NCBI GenBank assembly: GCA_051294905.1
Contig: CM119371.1
Span: 40,860,001-40,924,000 of the forward strand
Source: Botryllus schlosseri
Taxonomy: Eukaryota
Direction of reading: 5' to 3'
DNA: 64,000 nucleotides
The position numbers were made by a program, and so were the translations under genes. A model generated the notes under the pieces. It saw nothing but the letters and a program-made list of their open reading frames with translations. It was not told the DNA's origin and ran no database searches. Below, in pieces: positions 38,474 through 50,061 of this stretch. The number at the start of each line of letters is the position of its first letter. Position 1 is the first letter of the stretch.

Positions 38474-39066
38474 CAGACTTCGACAATTAGATAATTCTAT
38501 TTGTCTTATTGGGCTAATATAAGCGCAACGCTGCTAATCTAATTCTAATCGACAAGATAGCGTAATGGTGAAGCGTCCGGCTTCTTGACCGGTACGTTGT
38601 GGGTTCGATCCCCGGTCGGGTCAGACCAAAGACCTGATTAGTAACACTGGTATCCATGTTTCCTGTTTCCATCCCTGCTTGGCGCTCATGCATTACTGGG
38701 ATAGCATGGTGAGGTGGTACATCATGCACTCATGATATGCATATGCACAGATCGTGTGTATGTGTATCATGAGTCGGTGAATATGCCGCAAAAACATCAA
38801 GGACAAAAATAAACTACGTCCTTTCCTTCCTTTCCTAATCTATGCCCTTATTTTGATTATAATCTAATCCATGCTTGCTGTACAGACATTTGCTATTCTT
38901 ATCCTATGATTTGATATTAATGGAACTTGATTCAGTGTCATGTTATCGTGAATTCAGTAATTCGAGTTCTACTTCTACTCTAATTTGGAAAACAAAACTT
39001 TGTAGCTGTAATTTCAATTGTAATGTAATTTGGAAAAGGTGAACATTTTCTAGTTTTCCAAGTCTG
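38474..39066. mobile_element. MITE family Q (CTAATT repeats) hosting a SINE
   Basis: CAGACTT...AAGTCTG; TSD CTCAGTTG/CTCAGTTT. Degenerate relatives near 29670, 40600-40750 and 42090-42390. Confidence 0.65.
38550..38835 (+). mobile_element. tRNA-derived SINE family 1, second copy, nested in a MITE
   Basis: Colinear with 5494-5826 apart from an internal deletion; A/B boxes intact. Confidence 0.85.
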
Positions 39067-42000
39067 CTCAGTTTTGCCCTTGCCCGGTGGAATTTCGGCT
39101 AGCAAGTTTGCGTATACATTTTATCTCTTGCTGATTGTGTTTTGTATCGGAGAATGTGTTGTGAGTCATACATTCATGAGATATCTATAAATCAGCGTTT
39201 GTGTGCACAGGACTCAGGAGTATCGGTTTGAGTATTGCAGTGTTGTTGGCTCAGACCGAAAGTGTAAATTTCATTCACCGGACGCATAACATGTCTTATC
39301 TGTATTCTATTAGGCTTATACACGAGCAGTATAGTCGTAAAACAAGTATTATGATCGCAAATCGAGATTTTTCTGTTCCATCGCTCAAGATTTGAAAGTG
39401 TTAATATAGCATGTTTGTAACTAGCGGTATTCGTAGCTTCCCTAACTATCTGTATAAGCTTTCTTGACATTGTGATCGCCGCGGGCATCTGCGACTATCA
39501 AACAAAAATAAGTTGAGTAATGAAAATCCGCTGGTAGACCTGTGAAAAGCTACCTTATCGTTGTGTTGATACCAATGACGTTAGGCGCTGCTAAGAATTC
39601 AATCGGGTATTACTGTTCGTTCAACAATCGACAGTATCGATAGTGATATGGTTGTTACAAGTCGCAATATGTGTGTATCATGCTATCCGAATCCTATACG
39701 GCTATATACCCGATAGTTCATGAGATTATGAGATCATTTGGACTATGATTTATTCGGAGTTACACACCGCAGACCGCATATGCGCAGATATCCAAACACG
39801 GAGGACATGACGCTGTTTGTTATTGAAAGCCACGTCTGAGACAGTTGTTTTTGGAATAGGATGTTCAATACTGTACACTGAAGCCCACACACAACACCGC
39901 ATTATGACGTGTTATGACGATGCATTCCATGATTTCGCTCAGTACACCATCGGGTTTACCATACCGAAAGCCGATACGCCTTTGTAGCAGGGAACCATTA
40001 AGCCAGTGACGGCAAAAAGTTTGAAAATTGCCGATAAATTGCGGGCGTAATTTGTCTCCGACATGCGATGTGACACGCGCATCCAAGAAGCGATTGTCGC
40101 GTTCGAAACCGATTACATTCCGTGGTTATGAGTCTTTATTGAAAAGGGTATAACTGCGTCGGTCACGATATTGTATACCAGTCGGGGTAGTTGTTGCGAT
40201 GAGTCATAGCGTCCAGGACACGGGCCATAGCTATTGTTCGACTGAAGATGTCGATGGACAAAGCGAGCCAAGTGATAGCTAGACAATGTGTGATGTATCC
40301 AAGGCGGTTTGACCAGCGTCCTTCAAGAAGTGGTACACTGGTAGTATATACTTGACAGACCGATTCTAGCAGACTTATACAACTAAATAATATTTGAACA
40401 GCTTCTTTGAGGTACAGAACTTCAATATACAATGAATTATATGAATATGCTATTCAACTAAATAATACTGCGAAATCTTTCCATGCTATAGTTTTAATTC
40501 AGATCTGATTTATATCAGAATATATCACGGGCAGAGAAAACCAGTGCCGAGCCGCCATCAGCCACAGCGTGTCCGGTAATTAGAAAACTTTATATGAACT
40601 GAGCTTAGTTTTTGGGTCATTTCGGAATTAAATTCAATTTCCGAGTTTTCGCGAATTCAGTAATTCTAATTCCAATCTAATTTGGAAAGAAGCTGTGTAA
40701 CTAAAATTATAATTGTAATCGCATGTGGAATAGCTAAGAAAATTCTAGTTATCGGCTCTAGATTCAAGTTGGCCTGCGTATTTTACGAGACGCATTGAAT
40801 TCGCATGCAATAAATATAGTAGTTACCTTTAAAGTCAGGCGAGACCGTGTTTATGATGTGCTGATTTTATACGCCAGTCAGAAAATACAATCTCCACGCC
40901 TGTGTTTATTAGGAACTTTCTTTGATAACGAATATGAATATATTTTCGGAAACAGAATTGTTCCAAGTCAACAAAGGCATGTTATTTCTGATAAGTCCCC
41001 GTTGTTCATTTGTATATTCAAAATTTCGAGCCAATCACGATCACCCGGTGTTTGTCCAACGTGTTCTACTTCCAAAGCCCTTTTCTTGTGGGTCTTTTGA
41101 AAAGCAATCCTCTGTGCTCGCCTATTTATGTCAAGCAGTAGTGTTATCAATGGCACGATTCAATTCAAACCATACGAACTATTTTACGAACAGAAACCCG
41201 TTCGCACCAAATGCGGATTATGTCCGATTGTCCGTTTACGCATGCGGGCCCAAACCAGAATCAGTGAGTATGTTGCATTGTTTTGTAATTGTCCACTAAA
41301 GAAGGACGTCGTTACGTATTTGTTACGTTCTGTATTGAACCAAGAATATGCGTTCACTGTCGATTACGTCTTCTATATTTCTAAACACACCACGCCTTTT
41401 CAAATTTTTGTGCTCGAGGCATCTAGATTGTTGTCTGCGTGTATGTAAATTAACGATTAACTCCATGCGTCGAACTCGACTCCATGTGATTTTAAATTTG
41501 AATTATTTCTGCGATAGCCCGTCAGAGCAATAAGGCGATACATATTTGTGTATCCCGACTAAATGTACAGTTGATACGGAACTTTTTAACAATAACACGC
41601 GTAGGTTAATGGATATTCTGTATCTGTAATCTGCAAATCGTCTTTTACTGTTGATGTGTGGCACTCACTGAGTCACCGGTAACGCTATTGCCGCAACAGG
41701 CGCGCACTTTCATATTCCACAGGCTTCTTATTTGGTATAATGAAAATATCCTGATATCTCCCAGTATTGGTAACGCGTTCCGTATCTGCTTATCTGCTTC
41801 TTGAGGTTAATAGGCCACGCCGCAACATCAAGGGCTACGAATCTTCATTTCCGAAAGCAGCGTGTTATGACGCCGTCAATTTGGAACAGTGTTCTCTGTT
41901 CAGTCGGTGTCGATTTTCATCCACTTCCAAGGAAGCTTATTTGCGAGTTATGCAATCCCCTTGCATTGTACGAATGTATGCCGAATACCTTCACCGCAGT

Positions 42001-43841
42001 GTCTGTGTAGTCGAGAAGGAAACCTAGTTTGTACAAAATTGTGTTAGCGGTATAATATATTTAGAATCTGATTACAACCGCTTAGCAGACCTGGACAATA
42101 TAATTCTAATCTAATTTTTGAAATGTTTCTATGGTCTAATTTGTGAGTCTTCTGTAAATGCTACAAGAGAGCTTTATAGTGCGATACGAGCCAGACATTT
42201 TCCATATTCAATGAACTCTGAATTGACGCGAACTGAACTTGATTTTCGGTGTAGTTCTAATTCGGAATTTGATTCAATTTCCAAGGTTATGCGAATCCCG
42301 CAATTCTAATTCCCGTCTAATTTGGAAAATATATTATCTAACTATAATTTTAATTCTAATCTAATTTGGAAAAACGGTATATTTTCCCTTTGTTCTTCTC
42401 TGTGCTGCTCAGGGCAGACGAATATATCGATAGAGCGATATCTAGCTAGCAAACTATAATACGAATGGAGAGTGGTGCCAACTACCATCCCTAGTTATAC
42501 TCGTATCTTACAAATGTGGTCTTCGGAAACCTTACGGAACAGCGGCACTGTGAAATCGATTTATTTTATTGAATTATTACGATTTCTGTCTATTTTTGAT
42601 CGTCCTTTCGTTTCTTGTACACAACCGGTATAGCTAGTTTCCTGTTGGCCGACTTGACAACTGCGGCGACGTAACGTAACTGATACGCGGTAGCGGATTG
42701 ATAGATCAGGTTGCCAGTAATAGCCTTTTACAAGCCTAATGATTTCCCATTATCGTTATTTGAAGGTTGGGTACCATCGAAACTTTCCGCCTCGGTAACA
42801 GTACGCATTCGTAGCAATTTCCTGCTTCCTAGCATTTGAGGATACCAGCTGATCAGGGTCATTGTGCGGTAACCAATACATATAATGGAGTCGTCACATT
42901 TCGCTGACTTGGTACGCGGGGATGAGACAAGAGACAACAAGACGATAACTATAGTGATTGATATGAGATATTAGCTATTCACTTGGTGTTGGAAGGTTTT
43001 AGTATAAAGGATTTATTCTAATTACTGCTCAACGGAAATCATCAGTCTATCATGCCATTGCCTGAACATGTGGTTTATATTATCAATTTCTTGCATGTAT
43101 TACGGGACGTGATTGTCATCGATCCCCTCGCAAGCATAAGATCAGATGATTGGTATCCATCACAATTGTAAGTGTTCGGTAGATCATTTGTCGAACAATG
43201 TAACCTCAGCCCAAGTTGTTAGTGAACACTGAATAGTTTGCCGTTCCGCCGGGTATTTGATTTGAGTCTGGTAGGGAAAAAATCGTTTTCTAGTTAACAC
43301 AAATGGATTTTCTTCTCCTTATCGCAAATCAAATAAATCTCTGCGCGCAGCTAAGATTTGGCGCGAAATTCCAGTTTCAACTTACAGTCATCAGTATTTC
43401 ATTGTTCGTGATGGTGACAGTGCATAATGCACAGTTTTACTTTATATTGTCATATCTAAACGGTGTAGCGTATTTAACGAAATTTTTCAGGGAGGTGTAG
43501 AAATAATATTGTATTATTTATGATGGTTACAAATCTTTCCAGCCTTATTATGTTATGTGTCGTTTTGATTCTTGAATTGTCTTTTTTGTAGGAACTGTAC
43601 TTCCTTATTCATCAACTCATTTTATCTGTGGTATTTGACTCGTTTCAAATTGCGATTATTCGACTTAAATACCTCTTTCGTACGTTAGCAGTAGACTATG
43701 CAAATATTTCTTCAACCGTCCGAATCTGAGACATTGTATCTATTTTCCAGTTTTCGGTAACAAAAATTAATGTATAACCGGACGCTACCCCTTCCAAAGG
43801 GCGTCAGCATATTCTCATGATCCCCTCGCGGGAGAACCAAG

Positions 43842-46800
43842 ATGGTTGAGCCTCAAAACGACAAGGCTAGCGTAAACGACACTGGTGTTCTATCCAAAGA
43901 ATCTAAAGTAGACTGGGGCGACGCACAAGGCGAGACGACCGATTACTGGGACATATCCGGCGGTAGTGAGATGGACCTTGCGTCACACAGCGGAACCATG
44001 AAAATCGAAATCCTACAGAAATCTACTTGCGATAATGACAATGTCAATCCATCGACAGCAGAAGGTATTGCAATGGCGAGAAAGACTACGTACTGTGAAA
44101 ACGAACAAAGTGCAATGAAACGTAACCCAGTCGACGAAAACGGCAACCTTAAATATAATCATAATAACAACAACAATTTTTCAAACCCGTACGCGGAGGA
44201 TATATCAAACAACGGCCCCAGTTGTGAGCATGTCGATATTGGTGCATATGACAATAAAAACTGTAACACAATGCCACATCAGACGTCGAGTCACTCTGTG
44301 GGAATCAAGCACGATAATGGAGAGGGCCCGGAAAACGATGTAAACCACACTGTATCCGATAACATAGACACATCAGGTGCTAAGGACAATTGCGCTGACG
44401 ATGATAACAAAGCGCCTTTGTCCATACGGGAGGTAATGCTTCAAGACGCCGAGTGTATCGAGGAAAGGTTTCGAATTGACCGTAAAAAACTGGAGCAGAT
44501 GCTGCAAGCCGCTACTGAAGGTCGCGGCCAAACCGGCGAGGCGTTCTTCCAGACAATAATGGACGAAACGCAGACTTTCATAACATGGCCTTCCAAATTA
44601 AAAATAGGCGCAAAATCCAAGAAAGACCCGCACATCCGCATATGCGGCAAACCGGACCGCATCAAAGAAGCGAGACAGCGCATCATGGCCTGCTTAGACA
44701 CGAAAAGCAACCGAGTCACGGTAAAAATGGACGTGTCCCACACCGAACACTCTCATGTGATAGGAAAAGGTGGTAATAACATCAAAAGGGTCATGCAGGA
44801 GACAGGGTGTCACATACATTTCCCGGACTCAAACCGCAACACAGCGGGCGAGAAAAGCAACCAGGTGTCAATCACAGGGCATCCGGAAGGCGTGGAAAAC
44901 GCAAGGTTAAAGATACGCACCTTGTTGCCAATCGTGCTTCAATTCGAGATTCCAAACAACGGATTACCAATCCCCGACTTAAACTCACCTTTGATAAAAC
45001 ACTTAGTCCTCGTTAACGGGATAAGCATTCAGTTCAAGCAACGCGCTAAAGTATACTCGACTAGTTGTACAGTACGCGGGTCTGCCGACAACACAGAAGG
45101 ATTAAAAGCCGGAATTCAAACTCTAATGAACCACATTGCAGGATCTCAGCTCCCTGCGACTACTCAAATCGAAATCGCGCCCCAGCACCACAACTACATG
45201 TTGTCTAAATCAGGGGTAAACGTGACTTCAATTACGCAAGCTACAGGTGCTAGAATTATATTCCCAGACCCGTCTGCTTTGCCGAAGAAAAGCACTGTGT
45301 ATGTCAGCGGTAGCGTGGATTCTGTGATTCTAGCTCGCCACAAATTGATGGGATGTCTTCCGTTGTTGCTGATGTTCGACACGAAAGAAGATTCGTCCAA
45401 TGCGTCAAATGATTCGCTAGGCATCGCGAGTCTTATGGAGTCCTTGGAGGTGTCTATTAACATCAAGTCAAAACCGAAACAGCCCAGCAAAACTGTCATC
45501 ATCAAGGGCCTTGAATACAACATATATAACATGTTCGAAGCCCGTGCCAAAATCCTAGGGTTAGACTCAAGCGGAGTGGTGCGCCCGTCTCAGTCTATGT
45601 CGCCGAAGTTGAACCGAAACCCTGTAATGACCCCGACCCCTGTCATTTTGCTGTCGCATTCACACGTGCCAACGCCCACTGTACAAGCAGCCGTCATTGG
45701 TATTCCCGAGCAAAAGACAGCCACGCCTATCACAAATGTGGTGCTGGGTGGTCAGAATTACGTGTTAACGCGTAACATATCATCAAACGCACCCACGCCG
45801 AGGCCGTTATCAACTGTGTCTACACTACAAACTCCTTCGCAAAGCCCCTTCCCTACTTCACCCAATGCACATATCAATATGAACCATTCAAAGGCAGAGC
45901 ATTTCAACGACGACTTGCGTCGTAATTCGTACGACATAGCCAACCAAATCGCCTCGCCTTTACTGGTGAATCGCAATACTAATCAGTATCACACGGTGAA
46001 CGTAACTACGGCTGAAGACATGCAAAGACATATAGACAGGAAGTTAGGAATTATGGGTAATCAATCTGTTCCTATGGTCGGATCAAATCAGCAAGGATCT
46101 CAAAATAATACAGGCTTTCAACAGTCGAATTTTCATCCTTTGTACATGAACGGGGGTAATTCTTACGAAAACGGAAGAGTCATGATGTCTCCTCCTTACG
46201 AACCAAACGGATTCCATTCGGTTCAAAGGGTGGACAGTGGACAAATGGACCAGAAAATACATAATCAGAACACAGGACGTTTTGGAAACGGCCAAGGTAT
46301 CATCACAGATGAGGAATACTTGAGACACCAACTCGGTATTACAAAACACCACGGCATGCCAAATTCTATCGACACTGCAAACAATACGCCAATCCACACC
46401 AGCCCACAACCAAACCGAATGACCTATAACCCAAGCGTGACATCACCGGACAGTATTACCGAATCCAGAGCGTCTCTGACTTCAAATCGGAACAGCCCGG
46501 TCATATCCGGACGTAATCCAAGGATAACCGCCGGTTTTGATCATTTCGAGGAGAGCGTAGTAACACAGGTGTCGCCTTCCGGTAGTTCCGTGTCTGGATT
46601 TCAGTCTTTGGCGAATCGCGATTTAAGCAACATATCACCCATTAGTAACCCACACCGCAGTCCGCAGATAGTGTTAACCCAAAACTCGCAAGGTACCTTC
46701 GATAGCAACGGTATCACCAGTAGTGGCGATCTTACAGAGATATCTTCCGGACCACCGCCTGGATTTGAGGGATTCACTCCATCCGGGACTCCTATTATCA

Positions 46801-47747
46801 AAACGACCGATTATGACGACTTGTACAAACGCGCCAAAAAGGCGATGGAAAATAAACCTGTACAGTCAGAAGTTCGAACTCCAACCGACATTTGGTCCGG
46901 GTATGGTTTCTCGAAATCGATGCCTTTCGAGATGAAAGAGGAATTGAAGAAGTTAGCTGCATCTTCAAAAGGTAACTACAGAACCAATCTTCCTACCACG
47001 TATGAAAACGGCGAGTCAGGCCGAAACCAGCCTTCTCCTGTAGAGGAAGAAGGAGAATACAGCACAGAAAACACAACTCCAAACCATTTACGCGTGCCTT
47101 CCAATACATCCAAGGGAAATTCAAGCTTAGCGGCATGGAGACGCCGCCGTATGGAGAACATGGCTCTTTCGTTCGGAGGCAACATGGGTATGAACTACAT
47201 GTCAACAGTGCAGAGGCCTACGCCGCAAAAGCATTCAGCTTTCACTATAGTCAACCCCAACGAGAGCCTGAACAGACCTAACAATAGCCCGTCGCATTCA
47301 GAAGAAATGATGCAACAACCCCAGAGACATGTGTTAAATTCACCTTTTGCAAACAGCGGGAACGAATCAACGCTAGCGTCGTTGTCCGATAAACAAAACT
47401 GTGATAACAGAACGGCAATGAACAGCACCCCGTCTATCCAAGACAGCTTAGGTCTGAGCGTCAATTCGGCTGTTACATCCACTAAAGTCGAACCTGATAT
47501 ATCAGACGTGCTGAACAGGCTTGAATTATCTAAGTACATCCAAGTCTTCCAACAACAAGAAGTCGATTACCAGACCTTTTTAACTTTGACCGACTCGGAT
47601 TTAAAAGAGCTGGGCATCACCGTGTTTGGGCCTAGGAAAAAGATCCTTCTGGCTATCAAGGATCTCAACGGAGGCCGAGACGTATTTGGAGGCGCGGCTG
47701 GCCAGGATACACCGGCGCACGAAAATATCAGCGATCAAATGCTGCAG
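43842..47747 (+). CDS. BICC1: Bicaudal-C (KH-domain + SAM RNA-binding protein), main coding exon (1302 codons)
   Basis: The ORF contains the BicC hallmarks EERFRIDRKKLEQMLQ, WPSKLKIGAKSKKDPHI, KH motif HVIGKGGNNIKRVMQETGCHIHFPD, the central motif KAMENKPVQSEVRTPTDIWSGYGFSKSMP and a SAM domain (LSKYIQVFQQQEVDYQTFLTLTDSDLKELGITVFGPRKKILLAI). A phase-0 donor CAG|GTGTGT lies at 47747/47748. An upstream acceptor TATTTTCCAG ends at 43750. Confidence 0.96.
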
Positions 47748-48969
47748 GTGTGTTGAAGCTTAGCCGCTTAATCTTAATTACCAAGCCTTAAAGCGGCTTC
47801 CTACCCGGTCAGCCGTTTCGTAATTGATGGGGTTATTGCGTGTTTTGTGAAGGGCGAGAGTTTCGTGTTGGTATCTTAACGAGGGTGACTTGCTTTATTC
47901 TGGCATGCTCGTTTCATGTGATGACATTGAACGAGTGACTGTTTGTAGGTGTGGAATCAATCTGAGTATCCTGCGGTTTTTATTCGAACACCATTTCGAC
48001 CTAATAATTTGATTCCATCCTCCCACCGTAAAAGAGGTGCGAAATTCTCAAATCCACCCCCGTTTCTAGTCCGGTTACGATTGAGTTTTATGGCATAATT
48101 ATGAGATTTGCCTGCTTCTTGTTAAGCGTTTTGATCCGGCGAACTGAGTTTAGAATTGAATTTTGGCACAACACCGTTTAGGGTGGCGGAATTTATAGTG
48201 AGTGAGAATTTATATTCCAGCATTCGTTAACCCACCGATATAGCTGTAATACGCAATTTCATCCTATTTTCGTCTTTTGACTTTTCCAGTGTTTAGGCTT
48301 CTACAGTGTGTAGGGTAGGGCATAGTACATAGTACATTTTGGAGATTAGGAGAGTTCTTCAGCGCCTTTTTTTTAGTTTCGTAAACCAATATCGCGGAAA
48401 TCATGTGTTGTCTCTTTACGTCTGGTTGAGTAAGGCTTATGCATTCACCAACGACCAGAAATAGCTAAACTAGTCGACCTCGCTTCTCAAGTAGAAGTAG
48501 AACTAACGGCGTAAATTTCTACTCAGTGCCAAAACCTTTAAATGGAAGTAATATTTAAGTCCCTGAACGCTGCACTGTATCATCACCAATGACACTATAA
48601 ATGAGTAGCATATTACGTAACCGTGATTATAGTGGCTATTTCACGCGGTTTTTAAGGCCACACCTGAAACCTAACCGTAGATTTAATACACAGGCTCAAA
48701 TGTCGCATGTATAATTGTATAAGTATCTCATCTTTATATGTCAACGAACCGTTAGGGATTACGCATTTTGGGGTAAGCTTACCTACTTGACTTCATGCTG
48801 TAATTGGTGTATGCCGATGGCTTAAAATCATCTTCAAATTGCCCTATCAATGACCATTATGAATGCTATGAGTCAACGGACTATCGCTTTGACTTGATAT
48901 GTTTCTCAAAAAGCGATGATCTTTCGTACTCATGCTAAGCAGTTCAACTCAGTCCTCGCCTCTTTTCAG

Positions 48970-49212
48970 CTACAACGCCTACAGCTGCAGCAGCAGCGGG
49001 ACAACCCACAAACGACAGCTCCCTCACGAATGGACCCGCACCCACTACTCTCGCCGTCACGACAGATGTTCAACCCGCCCAATCAACGCATGCAAAACCA
49101 CATGGACAAGCATGGCATGAACGCTAGACAGACGGACCGAATCAGGTCTTCTACAGCCAGTAGACTCTGGCAAAACGCGCGGCACGGCGGTAGCGCCAGC
49201 GGGCATTGGTAG
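48970..49212 (+). CDS. BICC1: Bicaudal-C terminal coding exon (80 aa + stop)
   Basis: Acceptor CCTCTTTTCAG ends at 48969 in phase 0, matching the 47747 donor. It encodes LQRLQLQQQ...HGGSASGHW*, resembling the SGRW C-terminus of vertebrate BICC1 (recalled, not aligned). Confidence 0.85.
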   Translation, partial: LQRLQLQQQRDNPQTTAPSRMDPHPLLSPSRQMFNPPNQRMQNHMDKHGMNARQTDRIRSSTASRLWQNARHGGSASGHW

Positions 49213-49294
49213 ATGTTGTGTTACTGTGAGTTTATAGCGAAAGTTCATTCCTGTTATCATGATAACGGCTTCTCGGGGTTACAGAACCTCAAGG

Positions 49295-49461
49295 CAATTG
49301 AATAATATCTTCACATTGATTTACACTCGAATATTTCCGCCTGACACTCGTCTGAGAATTGGAAAGAACATTGTATATCAACAATTCTATTTCTCTACTA
49401 GTGGCTGGTAATTCACGAGTGTCAGCCGGGTGTATTTCAATACGAATATATTATTCAATTG
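49295..49461. mobile_element. short palindromic MITE family P in BicC 3' region
   Basis: 14-bp perfect IR CAATTGAATAATAT plus an inner 11-bp IR CTGACACTCGT. Other copies at 19074-19753, 51863-51970 and 61353-61535. Confidence 0.8.
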
Positions 49462-49557
49462 TTATCATTATCGTCGAGTGTGATTAGGAATCGGAATTGA
49501 CGAATGAATGTGACGTACGCTTTTGTCCCGGAGGCTGTAAGATTAGTTATCCGCACC

Positions 49558-49563
49558 AATAAA
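49558..49563 (+). promoter_or_regulatory. candidate polyadenylation signal of BicC
   Basis: First AATAAA downstream of the BicC stop codon (49212). A longer UTR is also possible. Confidence 0.35.
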
Positions 49564-49595
49564 CATTGGTCGGAATGGAAACAGCACATGGAAAA

Positions 49596-50061
49596 CTGGG
49601 CTAGGCACTAATATTCAAGTTCGCGAATCGAATTGAGTATTAATCGAAATCATTCGAGTTGAGTAGTGAGAGAATATATTATGATTATAAATGATGTTCG
49701 GTATTGTGGTGTATATATAATGGCATTGTTTTGTGGTCGCATAATTAAAAGGTGCATGTGTGAACTTTCCAAATCAGTAAACTGTTGTGGTCTCATGATG
49801 AACCGTACTCGAATACTCCACTCGAAATTTAATAGTCGATTCCGAACCGAATCACTAAGCAATGCTCCCTCTAAGCTGCGCACGTGCAAATGCGCAGTGC
49901 TGACACGCGGTCTCGGCGTATAACAAATCCGAAGTGATGACCTGTTTTAGTCGTTACGCACTGTTGTCCAATGGTCTGCGCGGTGAGTTGGTGAGTGTGC
50001 GCAGACTCGTCAAAAATTAGAGGGAGCATTGCACTCAAGGACTCGATTTTGCCTAGACCCA
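49596..50061 (+). mobile_element. old degenerate family C copy interrupted by family D MITE
   Basis: GGGCTAGGCAC...GACTCGATTTTGCCTAGACCC ends, ACTCGAAT motifs; split at CACT(C)AAG by 49860-50031. Confidence 0.6.
49860..50031 (-). mobile_element. short hAT-type MITE family D
   Basis: TIR CAATGCTCCCTCTAA...TTAGAGGGAGCATTG; inverted homolog of 7615-7814. Confidence 0.8.

Noticed and set aside
43943..47539. Numerous antisense and alternate-frame ORFs over BicC
   Set aside because: Shadow ORFs of a long coding exon; no recognisable motifs.
49495..49520. TGAC/GTGAC motifs in the BicC 3' region resembling the Bicc1 target motif GACGUGAC
   Set aside because: Only partial matches; such short words are expected by chance.
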